A stretch of DNA of 55,658 nucleotides from an uncultured Solibacteraceae bacterium (GCA_964520085.1 CAZFOP010000001.1:3015-58672); one strand, 5' to 3'; positions 38,312 to 47,693 are shown, counted from the first letter of the stretch. Notes: generated by a model not told the origin, from the sequence alone. Translations and numbers: made by a program.

Positions 38312-39910
38312 TCAGTTCACCTCTGTCGACACGGCTGGCGGGGCTTGAGGCATTTGCATTTGTGCCGAGGTGGATTGGTAAGCGCCAATGTCCCAGTTTC
38401 CGGTGCCGCTAGGAGGTCGCGAGGCCGCACTCTTGTCCAAATCGAGCGCAGCAATCCCGAGGCCACTTAGATTGAATCCCGCCTTAATCAGGGGCGATCC
38501 AGCATTGGGTTGATACGAAGAGCTAAGGTTTGGGTTGGTGTTTTGTTGCGAGTGGGCATCACACGAACAACTGGCCTGCCAAGCCGCAAACGCCTCATTG
38601 TTCCACTCTGTGACGTTATAGTAATTGTTGTAATCGCCTTTGCCCGACGCGATCGTCCCCCCGTAATAGGAACTCAGCGTAACAGCCGGAGTGGTGGCCT
38701 GGAGAGTATTGTTCATAAACGTCGCTCCGGCTCCGTCAATCAGGACTCCTCCCGATCCTACCGACGTGGATCCAATTATCGTATTGTTCACGATGATTGG
38801 CGCTGCTCCGTCCGTCGATATGAAGCCATTGCCAGCGTGCGCAACGGAACTCTGGTCCACGAGAACGTTGTTGTACACCTCAGGGCCAGTCCAATGGGAG
38901 TTTCCGGAATCGCCCTCCAGGAATATCCAGGCGTTGACACCTGCGCCCCAATCCCCGTAGATGTAGTTATTGTAGACCTGAACGTTTGTCGTAACCCCGG
39001 ACGTACCGTAGTTGTACACATGGATACCGTCGTGATGGTAGTAGTTCTGCGAGCTGTCCCACGGCTGCGCATCATGGATGATGTTGTCGTGGATGAATAT
39101 ATTGGATGCGGTTGCGGATGCGTTCGAAAGGTCGCCAAAGATGCCATGATCCATGTGGTAGGCGGTATTGCCGTAGATATAGATGCTTCCCTGGGCTCCT
39201 GTTCCATATGCGTCGCTGTAGCCGAAGCACCAGTGGAGATCGTGGCAGGTGCTGTTCGCAATCGTCAGGTTGCTTCCGTTTTCAACGGCTGCGCCTCCAG
39301 TGTTGCCTCCGCTGGAGTCAGTACAGTTTCCAATTGGCTCGGTGCAAGAGCGGACGTACAGATTCTGAACCGTAAGATTCTGAACCGTCATGTAACTCCC
39401 CGTAGCGAGCAACACACCATTTCCATTGTCCTGCTGGTTAGCATACCCCAGGCTAGCCATACCGTTGTTTGTCGCCTGAATGATTCCGTTCGTTCCACCG
39501 TCAACCGTGATGTAACTGTGGCCGGTGGAAAAGATGACGTTGCCGCTCCAGTATGTAGCCTGCAAGATCGCATTTGGTTCGAATAATAGCGTAAGGGTGT
39601 TACCGGCTGTGCCTCCACCTTGGAAGACGAGAAAATTGCTAGATCCTGGAGCCGCAGTGATCGTTCCACACAAATGAACCGTGGTACCCGGGCCGATCTG
39701 TATTCCGCTTGGCGTACCCGAAGTCCAGTTGCTGCTGGTGTTGAAGTACGTGTACGCAAAGGCGCTGCTGCAACTGGATCCGCTTGCGCCCGCCGCGGCA
39801 GTCTGTGCGAGGTATACGACATTGGCGCTCGCCGTGGGCTGAAGGACCAGACACACGGCAACGCTGAGCCCGAACACAAACGAGCCAATTCTGCGCCTTG
39901 ACAAGGGCAT
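38312..39910 (-). CDS. Secreted right-handed parallel beta-helix protein (candidate polysaccharide hydrolase/lyase/epimerase)
   Basis: ORF 38312..39970. From ATG 39910 the N-terminus MPLSRRRIGSFVFGLSVAVCLVLQPTASA is a classical signal peptide. The body shows periodic beta-helix rungs: LTVQNLYV, LTIANSTCHD, IYIYGNTAYH, IFIHDNIIHD, VQVYNNYIYGD, EVYNNVLVD, IIVNNTIIG, TFMNNTL. Confidence 0.75.
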   Translation of the reverse strand: MPLSRRRIGSFVFGLSVAVCLVLQPTASANVVYLAQTAAAGASGSSCSSAFAYTYFNTSSNWTSGTPSGIQIGPGTTVHLCGTITAAPGSSNFLVFQGGGTAGNTLTLLFEPNAILQATYWSGNVIFSTGHSYITVDGGTNGIIQATNNGMASLGYANQQDNGNGVLLATGSYMTVQNLTVQNLYVRSCTEPIGNCTDSSGGNTGGAAVENGSNLTIANSTCHDLHWCFGYSDAYGTGAQGSIYIYGNTAYHMDHGIFGDLSNASATASNIFIHDNIIHDAQPWDSSQNYYHHDGIHVYNYGTSGVTTNVQVYNNYIYGDWGAGVNAWIFLEGDSGNSHWTGPEVYNNVLVDQSSVAHAGNGFISTDGAAPIIVNNTIIGSTSVGSGGVLIDGAGATFMNNTLQATTPAVTLSSYYGGTIASGKGDYNNYYNVTEWNNEAFAAWQASCSCDAHSQQNTNPNLSSSYQPNAGSPLIKAGFNLSGLGIAALDLDKSAASRPPSGTGNWDIGAYQSTSAQMQMPQAPPAVSTEVN

Positions 39911-40115
39911 GCCCGCCAGTTTTCCTCCAAAGAGCGAGGGAGCCGTTACATTTTCCAGTTTTGGTGCCATACGTCACGTATAGTAACAGTTCGGCTCGCC
40001 GGGTCAACATCCCCTTTTTAGTACTGTTAAATGTCTACCGTTAGTTAATGCTGACGCAAAGCATGACCCGTCATACCGTTCACGCGGCTATCGTTTGACG
40101 AAACAGCCTGGTCGA

Positions 40116-40985
40116 TCACGCCGCGGCCCGCTCCTTGAGGTAAGCTCGCAGGCCCGCCTGCCATGGTCGGAACGCGTTGAGCCCACGAGCCTTCAGGGCA
40201 CGGTTTTCCAATACGGAGTACTTGGGCCGAGGCACCTTAGCCGGAAACTCATTCGGGCCAGCCACCTGCAGGTTGGCTTTAGTGCTCGTAACGCTGAATA
40301 TTTCGCCGGCGAACTCGTGCCACGAGCAACTGCCTTCGGGAGTGGCGTGGCAGAGTCCATAGGCGTCAGAGCGGCTCAGCAGAACGATCTGCCGCGCCAA
40401 CTCGCGCGTGCTGGTCGGCGTGACGCGCTCGCTGTCGACGACGCGAATCTCGCGTCCGTCCGCAGCCAGTTTCAGCATCAATTCGACGAAGTTCCTTCCG
40501 CCCTTCGCCCGGCATGGCGAGAGACCATACACGGCGGACGTGCGCAGCACGAAGTGCCTGTCCGCGATGCACCGGATAAACTGCTCGCCGCTCAGTTTGG
40601 TATTCCCATAGACATTGAGCGGCTGGGGCGGATCGGTCTCTTCGTACGGCTCGGCCTTGGCACCGTCGAAAACGTAATCCGTGCTGATGTGCATAACAAC
40701 CGCACCGAGTTCTTGCGCAACGAGGGCGAGATGTTTGGGACCGTTTCCGTTCACGGCGTAAGCCTGCTCGGGGTGGAGCTCACAGCTTTCGACGTGATGC
40801 ATCGCAGCCGTATTCACAATGACCTCGGGTCGAATCTCCCCCAGTACATTGCGCACGGAATCGAGGTTCGCGATCTCAATGTGGGAATGGCAGAGGCCAT
40901 GCACTTTGTCGCCTGCGGCCCCAAACGCCGCGACGACATCGGTCCCAAGTTGGCCGTTCGCTCCGACTACCGCGACGGTTCTCAT
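40116..40985 (-). CDS. rfbD: dTDP-4-dehydrorhamnose reductase
   Basis: MRTVAVVGANGQLGTDV...VNTAAMHHVESCE...ISTDYVFDG...PLNVYGNTKLSGE. Confidence 0.85.
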   Translation of the reverse strand: MRTVAVVGANGQLGTDVVAAFGAAGDKVHGLCHSHIEIANLDSVRNVLGEIRPEVIVNTAAMHHVESCELHPEQAYAVNGNGPKHLALVAQELGAVVMHISTDYVFDGAKAEPYEETDPPQPLNVYGNTKLSGEQFIRCIADRHFVLRTSAVYGLSPCRAKGGRNFVELMLKLAADGREIRVVDSERVTPTSTRELARQIVLLSRSDAYGLCHATPEGSCSWHEFAGEIFSVTSTKANLQVAGPNEFPAKVPRPKYSVLENRALKARGLNAFRPWQAGLRAYLKERAAA

Positions 40986-41974
40986 GCCACCGGCCTGGCC
41001 ATCGCGTAAGTTTCGATTTCGTTCTCGATCGTTTGGAAACTCGCGATATTCGAATAGAGCGGATTATCCCAATCGTCGCATTTTGACATGTTGTCGATCA
41101 GGTTGGAGATGATCGATTTCACATCGTTGCCGGGATGAAAACTCAGCACGTTCATAGCCTTGTCGATGCTGACCTTATAGTTCCGCAGATCCTGCACGTG
41201 CTTGATCGCGAGGTTGATCCGGATTCCAAGTCTATCCTCGATCGCACTCCTGACCAGATCGCCAACTTCTCCGACCGTGTAGTTCCCCGAAGCGACATTG
41301 AAGACTCCAGAGATACTCTCGCTGGCTTCGATCGCCCGGATGTAAGCCGTCGCCGCATCCTCGATGCCAAGGATCGGCCGCCAGATAGTGGGGTTATTTA
41401 CGGTGATTGTGTGATCCTTCATCGCGCTCTTGAACATCGCGTTGATGATGAGATCGAACCGCATACGCGGGCTGTAACCGGAGATTGTCCCTTTCCTCAG
41501 CGAGATCACCGAGAACTGAGCGTCCGCCAGATGCATGGCCGCCTGCTCGCCCTGGAGTTTGGAAATCCCATACGGATAGCTCGACGCCACTGGGCGGGTC
41601 TCATCGTACAGCTCATTCACCGTATACCCGTACACGGAACAGGAACAGGCATAGATGTATCTACGGACTCCGGCCTTCTTCGACACATACGCCAGGTAAG
41701 ATGGCGCGGCTGCGTTAAAAATGAAATTCTTGGTCGGTGAGTACTCAGCCATGGGATCATTGGAAAGGCCCGCCAGGAAAATCACCTGATCGTAGGACTT
41801 CAGATCTTCGACCGAGAGCTGGAAGATGTCTTTGTGCAGCACGTCAACTTGGCGAGGCAGGTGGTTTCCAAACCAAAACAGATCCACAACATCCACCTTG
41901 TAGCCTCGGTCGAGCAGTTTCGGTATCAGGACGGAGCCGACATATCCCGCCCCACCGGCGATCAGCAGTTTCAT
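40982..41974 (-). CDS. NAD-dependent sugar epimerase/dehydratase family protein (extended SDR), paralogous to 15913..16965
   Basis: MKLLIAGGAGYVGSVL; LAGLSNDP...CSCSVYG...YGISKLQGE. It shares the LSNDP...SxCSxYG pattern with the other SDR in the locus. Confidence 0.85.
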   Translation of the reverse strand: MKLLIAGGAGYVGSVLIPKLLDRGYKVDVVDLFWFGNHLPRQVDVLHKDIFQLSVEDLKSYDQVIFLAGLSNDPMAEYSPTKNFIFNAAAPSYLAYVSKKAGVRRYIYACSCSVYGYTVNELYDETRPVASSYPYGISKLQGEQAAMHLADAQFSVISLRKGTISGYSPRMRFDLIINAMFKSAMKDHTITVNNPTIWRPILGIEDAATAYIRAIEASESISGVFNVASGNYTVGEVGDLVRSAIEDRLGIRINLAIKHVQDLRNYKVSIDKAMNVLSFHPGNDVKSIISNLIDNMSKCDDWDNPLYSNIASFQTIENEIETYAMARPVA

Positions 41975-42085
41975 ATCCTTTTCCTCATGGTCTTAAATAC
42001 CAATGGCTTGCTGGGCAAATAGCGGAACAAGCGACTTCTCCGGTAACCCGGGCCGGCCTTTTCGCCGATTCCGCAATACCGCGTT

Positions 42086-42658
42086 TCATTTGTTAAATGT
42101 GAAATGATCCGATTCGGGTCGAGCCAGCCATCGCTCGAGCGTCTGCGCTTGCGTGTCTTTCTCGGAAATGATGGGGGTTGCAACGGGCCACTCAATTCCA
42201 ATTTGCGGGTCGTTCCAGCGGATGCCGGATTCCGCCTTTGAGTTGTAAAGGCCAGTGCATTTGTACTGGATCTCCGCCACGTCGGAAACGACGCAAAACC
42301 CTCGCGCGAAACCAGCTGGCGCCCAGACTTCGCGGCGATTCTCGGCAGACGCAACCACGCCGGCCCACTTGCCCAGTGTCGGCGAACCCTTTCGAATATC
42401 CACAGCGACGAGGAAAGCCTCTCCCACGGTGACGCGCATGAGTTTACCCATGGCCGGCTCCCACTGGAAGTGGAGGCCTCTCACGACATTCTTTGCCGAT
42501 CGCGAGTGGTTATCTTGGACGAAGTTGTCGGGCAGGCCCATTTCCCTGAACTGGTCCTGCCGGAAGGTCTCCATAAAAAAACCGCGGCCATCCTGAAATA
42601 CGTCCGGGACTAACACGACAACATCGGCAAGCGGCGTCGACTCTATCTTGATCTGCAT
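42086..42658 (-). CDS. rfbC: dTDP-4-dehydrorhamnose 3,5-epimerase
   Basis: ORF 42086..42700 has a TTG start. From ATG 42658: MQIKIESTPLADVVVLVPDVFQDGRGFFMETF...VRGLHFQ...KLMRVTVGEAFLVAVDIR...VWAPAGFARGF...IRWNDPQIGIEWP, a canonical RmlC. Confidence 0.9.
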   Translation of the reverse strand: MQIKIESTPLADVVVLVPDVFQDGRGFFMETFRQDQFREMGLPDNFVQDNHSRSAKNVVRGLHFQWEPAMGKLMRVTVGEAFLVAVDIRKGSPTLGKWAGVVASAENRREVWAPAGFARGFCVVSDVAEIQYKCTGLYNSKAESGIRWNDPQIGIEWPVATPIISEKDTQAQTLERWLARPESDHFTFNK

Positions 42659-42696
42659 ATCAATCTGAGGAAATTCGGAAAAGCTACGGCAAGGGA

Positions 42697-43650
42697 TCAA
42701 ACCGGCTCATTCGATCCGGAGCCGCTGGCGGTGGAGGCGCATCGTAATGTCTTGCGGTCAATTCCCAAGTCTGGCCAGCCTGGCTTCGTTTTGCCTGGCC
42801 TAATGGAGCGATGCACCCGTTTCAGCACTTTTGCGACGTGTTGCGGCCCGCGAAGCCAGTTGTACCCGCCCTCCAGCTTCGCGCGGAACAGTTTCAGGTC
42901 GTCGTACACGTTGACCGGCACTCGCGGCAGGAAGAAGCGGTCGTGGTGGGGATGAGCCGTACCGATTACCGTCGATACACCATTCTCATATCCGTGCCTA
43001 GATAGCATCTCCCTCACGTGATTCACGAATGCGACGTTTCCTTGGGGAAACGCGAACGGATACGAGAATGACGTCACGGCCCTGCCGACCTGGTCCTCAA
43101 TCATCTGCCGGGACCGACCGACCTCATCGTCGACTTCCTGCGTGCTTAAGAACTCCAGCTTCGGATGGGTGACGGTGTGGGACCCGATCTGCATTCCCCA
43201 GGACGCCGCATCCCGAACCTCGGCCCAGCTCATGTATTCCTTGTCCTCAAAGGTAAGCCGCTGGTTTCCAATCAAGCCCGACGGCAAGAACACTGTCGCG
43301 CTCAGCCCATACTCCCTCAGAATCGGACATGCCGCCGTATAGAAGTCCTCGTAACCGTCGTCGAACGTAATGACAACGAACCGTTCCGTCGTCAGCGAGT
43401 CTCCCGTCCACTGTGTCGCCGTTTTCAGGTCCACTGCGCGGTATCCGCTGTCGCGGAGATACTTCATCTGCTCCGCAAAGCGGCGGGGCGATGTCCGCGT
43501 CTCGAAGTACGGATGCACTCTCGACATTCCATCCTGAACGCCGTGGTACATCAGAATCGGGACTGGCTGCGCAAACGCCGCACCGAGCGTCCGCGCCAAC
43601 GGGTGAAACAAGTATACGCTCGCCAGCCGGTCTAATCGAACATTCGGCAT
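42697..43650 (-). CDS. Polysaccharide deacetylase (NodB homology, CE4)
   Basis: VVITFDDGYEDFYTAACPIL (TFDDG motif), IGSHTVTHPKL (His motif), FSYPFAFP. Confidence 0.85.
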   Translation of the reverse strand: MPNVRLDRLASVYLFHPLARTLGAAFAQPVPILMYHGVQDGMSRVHPYFETRTSPRRFAEQMKYLRDSGYRAVDLKTATQWTGDSLTTERFVVITFDDGYEDFYTAACPILREYGLSATVFLPSGLIGNQRLTFEDKEYMSWAEVRDAASWGMQIGSHTVTHPKLEFLSTQEVDDEVGRSRQMIEDQVGRAVTSFSYPFAFPQGNVAFVNHVREMLSRHGYENGVSTVIGTAHPHHDRFFLPRVPVNVYDDLKLFRAKLEGGYNWLRGPQHVAKVLKRVHRSIRPGKTKPGWPDLGIDRKTLRCASTASGSGSNEPV

Positions 43651-43677
43651 TACAGGTCTCTTTACGCTGTTCTACTA

Positions 43678-44913
43678 CTACGCCCCAGCACGGGAAGCGA
43701 ATACCCGCTTGCCAGCTTCCTTCTCGTAGACGAATGACTCCAGTTGCCGGACAACTTGCGTCAACTGGTCATCCTCCAACCCTGGGTACATGGGCAACGA
43801 TAGGATCTGGCCCGCTGCCTTTTCGGAAACCGGAAAGTCGCCGGCCTTATATCCGAGGTGGGCGCAAGCCTTCTGCAGGTGGATCGGAACCGGATAGTGG
43901 ATTCCGGAGCCGATACCAGCGTTCGCCAAATGTTGCTGCAGGCCATCGCGGTTGTCAGCACGGACGACGAACAGATGGTACACTGCCTTGGACCCGCGTG
44001 GCTCATGGGGCAGGCCGATGCTCTCGCCGATTGCGCCGATCTGTTCGCGATACCGGGATGCACATTCCCGGCGTTGCTCGTTCCAGCGGGCTAAATGCTC
44101 CAACTTGACCTTCAAGATGCCCGCCTGTAGCGCGTCCAGGCGGCCGTTGTATCCCTCGATGTCGTGATAGTACTTCTGTGCTTGCCCGTGATCGCGAAGC
44201 ATCCGGATCTTCTTCGCGAGCCTCGCGTCGTTGGTCGTTACCGCCCCAGCCTCGCCGCATGCTCCCAGGTTCTTGCCGGGATAGAAGCTAAATGCGGCAG
44301 CGCGCCCCATCGTCCCAGCCTTCCTCCAGCGGCCTTCCTTCTTCGAGAAGTACTCGGCGCCATGAGCCTGACAGGCATCCTCCACAACGGTCAGGTTGTA
44401 CCGGTCCGCCAGATTCAAGATGGAATCCATGTCGGCAGTCTGGCCGTATAGGTGCACGGGAACGATTGCCGTCACGCGATTTCCACTCTTTCGGTCGATT
44501 AGGTGACCTGTGTCGCCGTTAACAAAGCACTCGCCTTCGAGGTACTCCTGGAGCTTGCGAGGGTCCATGTTATACGTCTGCTCGTCAACATCCACGAATT
44601 CCGGCCGAGCACCGGCCTGCGCAATGGCCTCCGTGGTCGCAATGAATGTGTTCGGAACGGTGACTACTATGTCCCCGGTCTCGATCCCTGCCGCGATCAG
44701 AGCGAACCTCAACGCGTCCGTACCGCTCGCAACCCCGACGCAGTGGCGGGTGTCGCAGAATCTAGCGAACTCTCGCTCAAAACCTTCCACCATCGGTCCG
44801 CCGATGAAGCCTGCGCTGCCCAAGGCATTTGCAAACACCTCACACAGTTCCTCTCGTAACTGCCGATGCGGCGTAATAAGATCCAATAAAGGAATCGTAC
44901 TTTTCTCGCTCAT
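43678..44913 (-). CDS. DegT/DnrJ/EryC1/StrS family PLP-dependent sugar aminotransferase
   Basis: IPLLDLITPHRQLREEL...FIGGPMVEGFEREFARFC...GVASGTDALRFAL...AFSFYPGKNLGACGEAGAV. Confidence 0.9.
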   Translation of the reverse strand: MSEKSTIPLLDLITPHRQLREELCEVFANALGSAGFIGGPMVEGFEREFARFCDTRHCVGVASGTDALRFALIAAGIETGDIVVTVPNTFIATTEAIAQAGARPEFVDVDEQTYNMDPRKLQEYLEGECFVNGDTGHLIDRKSGNRVTAIVPVHLYGQTADMDSILNLADRYNLTVVEDACQAHGAEYFSKKEGRWRKAGTMGRAAAFSFYPGKNLGACGEAGAVTTNDARLAKKIRMLRDHGQAQKYYHDIEGYNGRLDALQAGILKVKLEHLARWNEQRRECASRYREQIGAIGESIGLPHEPRGSKAVYHLFVVRADNRDGLQQHLANAGIGSGIHYPVPIHLQKACAHLGYKAGDFPVSEKAAGQILSLPMYPGLEDDQLTQVVRQLESFVYEKEAGKRVFASRAGA

Positions 44914-45410
44914 TCAGTCCCCCGAAATGCTTTTAACGCCAGGGTCCTCAAAACCCGGGCTGGGTTCCCCGCAACAATCGTGTCGGCGGGAACACTCTTA
45001 GTCACGACACTGCCGGCGCCGACGATAGCACGTTCACCCACGACCACATTCGACAAGATAGTGGCCCCGGATCCAATGGACGCCCCTTTCTTGATAACGG
45101 TCTTCTCCACCTTCCAGTCCGCCTCCGTTTGTAAGCCTCCTTCGGCGGTGGTGGCGCGAGGATAGCTATCGTTGATGAACATAACGCCATGCCCTATGAA
45201 CACGCCCTCTTCGATCGTGACCCCTTCGCAGATAAAGGTGTGGCTGGATATCTTGCAGTCTTTCCCGATGCTTGCGTTCTTCTGGACCTCGACAAAAGCG
45301 CCAATCTTCGTGTTGTCGCCAACCTCACAGCCGTAAAGGTTAATGAACCTGGAGAACTTCACATTCTTGCCAAGCTTCACGTCCGGCGCAATGCACAGAT
45401 AGTCGCTCAT
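44910..45410 (-). CDS. Left-handed beta-helix (hexapeptide-repeat) sugar N-acetyltransferase (WbpD/WlbB-like)
   Basis: Hexapeptide periodicity runs through KLGKNVKFSRFINLYGCEVGDNTKIGAFVEVQKNASIGKDCKISSHTFI ... GASIGSGATILSNVVVGERAIVGAGSVV. There are 4-nt overlaps with both neighbours. Confidence 0.85.
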   Translation of the reverse strand: MSDYLCIAPDVKLGKNVKFSRFINLYGCEVGDNTKIGAFVEVQKNASIGKDCKISSHTFICEGVTIEEGVFIGHGVMFINDSYPRATTAEGGLQTEADWKVEKTVIKKGASIGSGATILSNVVVGERAIVGAGSVVTKSVPADTIVAGNPARVLRTLALKAFRGTE

Positions 45411-46414
45411 AGACGCACCGCGGTACCCTTATCTGCGAGCGATCGGTCTGCCGCTTCCAGCAGCTTGACTACGCGCAAGCCGGCGAGTCCGTCGTTGAAG
45501 GGCGTCTCGTCGAGCGTAATGCACTTGATGAAGTACTGGATTTCCGAGGCCAGCGCTTCGGTTTGCTCGACTTTAGGTGCCCACATGTCGCCCGTCCGAT
45601 AACTCACGAGCACATCGTAAACGCCCTGGCGGCTCTTGATCTCCACGCCCTTGTCGTATACCTTGATCTTTTCATCTGCGTCCAAGTCGTTCCACACAAC
45701 CATCTTTTTTTCGCCTCCCAAGAGGGTCGTGCGGACCTTGACCGGCGACAGCCAATTCACATTGAAATGCGCGATCACGTTGTCGCTGAAATAGATGGTG
45801 ATATACGCGACGTCCTGATGGCTGTTGAGATGCTTCTGCCCGGTTGCGGCCAGAAACTCCGGTTTCGATTTCACGAGGTGGTCCATGATCGAAAGGTCGT
45901 GAGGCGCAAGATCCCAGATGACATTAATATCGTGCTGAAACAGGCCCAAGTTCACTCTGGTGGAATCGTAATAGTAGAGTTGCCCCAGAGTGCCGTCGTC
46001 GATGAGTTGCCCAATTTTCTTGACCGCTCCCGTGAACAGGAAGGTGTGATCGACCATGATCGTCAGGTGTTTCCTGGCGGCCAACTCGATCAACTCTTCC
46101 GCTTGCGCAGCGGTCGACGTAAAGGGCTTCTCGACAAAGACATGCTTGCCGTTTTCCAGGGCTGCCTTAGCCAACTCGAAGTGGGTCCAAACCGGCGTGA
46201 TCACAGCGACGGCATCGATCTGCGGCGACCGCAGCACTTCGGAGGCGTCGCACGTTACCTGCACGCCGGGATAGGCGTGCTGGATCCGCCGGTGGACGGT
46301 AGGATTCTGGTCGCAGATTACTGAGACCTCGCAACCGTCGGCGGCGTGGAAATTGCGCGCGATCTGCGGTCCCCAGTAGCCATAACCGATAATGCCGACT
46401 CGGATCATTGTCAT
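45407..46414 (-). CDS. Gfo/Idh/MocA family NAD-dependent sugar oxidoreductase (WbpB-like)
   Basis: IRVGIIGYGYWGPQIARNF (Rossmann), GKHVFVEKP (EKP motif). Confidence 0.85.
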   Translation of the reverse strand: MTMIRVGIIGYGYWGPQIARNFHAADGCEVSVICDQNPTVHRRIQHAYPGVQVTCDASEVLRSPQIDAVAVITPVWTHFELAKAALENGKHVFVEKPFTSTAAQAEELIELAARKHLTIMVDHTFLFTGAVKKIGQLIDDGTLGQLYYYDSTRVNLGLFQHDINVIWDLAPHDLSIMDHLVKSKPEFLAATGQKHLNSHQDVAYITIYFSDNVIAHFNVNWLSPVKVRTTLLGGEKKMVVWNDLDADEKIKVYDKGVEIKSRQGVYDVLVSYRTGDMWAPKVEQTEALASEIQYFIKCITLDETPFNDGLAGLRVVKLLEAADRSLADKGTAVRL

Positions 46415-46421
46415 TCCACTG

Positions 46422-47585
46422 TTAGCAGGCGCCAGATCCGGAGATGACCGCTAGAGGCGTTCGGAGGAGAATCTTGACATCGAGCCACAACGACCATGAC
46501 CTGGCGTACCTGATGTCCATACGAACCATTTCATCGAACTTCACCCGGCTTCGGCCTTCAACTTGCCATAGGCCAGTTATCCCCGGCTTCATCGCCATGA
46601 GACGCTCCTTATGCCACAAGTGGTAGCACTTGAATTCATACATTACCGGGGGCCGCGGCCCAACCAAGGACATTTCGCCGCTCAAGACATTGAGCAATTG
46701 CGGCAGTTCGTCCAGGCTGGTTTTTCGTAGGAATTGCCCCACGCGCGTGATTCTCGGATCCGCCGTCAACTTGTATCGCTTTCGCTGGTCCGGTCCGTCC
46801 TGTTCCGTGCCTTCGGCGCCAGCGATAAACCGCTTCACGTAATGCTCATGGATTGCGTGGTTGTTTCCGACGTACATGGATCTGAATTTCAGGAACGTGA
46901 ACTTCCTTCCGTACTGGCCTAGCCTGACCTGCCGGAAGAGGATGGGGCCCTTCGATGTCAGCTTGATTGCGATGGCAATTGTGGCCAGTATTGGGAGACA
47001 GAGCGCCAGGACGGTCAGGCTACCTGCAATATCCATCAGCCTCTTTAGGACGGCGGCGACCTGCTTCGTCTTGGTGCCTCGCACCAGTTCCAAGTGTAAG
47101 GTCGAGTTGGCTGGCCCATCAGGGCCATCGTTGTCCCAATCTTCGGGGAAGACGTGGAAAGAGAGACTAATCTCGTTCATTTGTTCGACACTCAGGGCGC
47201 CGTATAGAGCGGCGGTGACTTTAGCCGACAGGGCCTTCACTACCGTTTGATTGTCGTCGCCGCCGATCTCCGTGAAGATGACCCCGAGAGCGAATTCTCG
47301 CCCATACCACCCTTTAATGTCCGTGTCGCGGGTTGCCTGCGATAGCGCCCGCCAAACCTGCTCGATGACCACTTCTGAGTTGCCTTCCTTCAGCAGCTTG
47401 CCGGATTCGAGGAGCATTAACACAAAACGCCGATGGGAACGCTCGGTTCTTTTGCGTTCTAGCCTGAGCAACCGCATGAAAAGCTCTTGGGGAAGCACAT
47501 CGAAGCCCTGAGGTTCATCCGGGGCGGAGAATAGTCGTGATGGTGGCGGGTACGTTGGTCTAAGACGAGAGATATTGTTTAGCAC
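46422..47585 (-). CDS. Priming polyprenyl-phosphate sugar-phosphate transferase (bacterial sugar transferase family) with N-terminal degenerate GGDEF-like domain
   Basis: The C-terminal half reads LKRLMDIAGSLTVLALCLPILATIAIAIKLTSKGPILFRQVRLGQYGRKFTFLKFRSM...RVGQFLRKTSLDELPQLLNVLSGEMSLVGPRP...PGITGLWQV, the canonical PGT core. The N-terminal 150 aa align by eye to a GGDEF fold (see findings). Confidence 0.85.
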   Translation of the reverse strand: MLNNISRLRPTYPPPSRLFSAPDEPQGFDVLPQELFMRLLRLERKRTERSHRRFVLMLLESGKLLKEGNSEVVIEQVWRALSQATRDTDIKGWYGREFALGVIFTEIGGDDNQTVVKALSAKVTAALYGALSVEQMNEISLSFHVFPEDWDNDGPDGPANSTLHLELVRGTKTKQVAAVLKRLMDIAGSLTVLALCLPILATIAIAIKLTSKGPILFRQVRLGQYGRKFTFLKFRSMYVGNNHAIHEHYVKRFIAGAEGTEQDGPDQRKRYKLTADPRITRVGQFLRKTSLDELPQLLNVLSGEMSLVGPRPPVMYEFKCYHLWHKERLMAMKPGITGLWQVEGRSRVKFDEMVRMDIRYARSWSLWLDVKILLRTPLAVISGSGAC

Positions 47586-47693
47586 AAGTTCACCCTTGGT
47601 ATCGATTCAGAAAGGTATTGATGCCTCGCTCCGTCGCTTGAAACAGAGCCGGGATGTCAGCGAAGGCCTTCGCCGGGCGCTGGGAACCCTTGC

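Noticed and set aside
38510-39586. 358-aa + strand ORF opposite the beta-helix gene, and similar long antisense ORFs at 40095..41009, 12996..13715, 45563..46324 and 15877..16533
   Set aside because: All sit fully inside minus-strand genes with strong family motifs (beta-helix, RmlD, PIG-L, Gfo/Idh/MocA, SDR). Their translations are Arg/Val/His-rich with no recognisable motifs.
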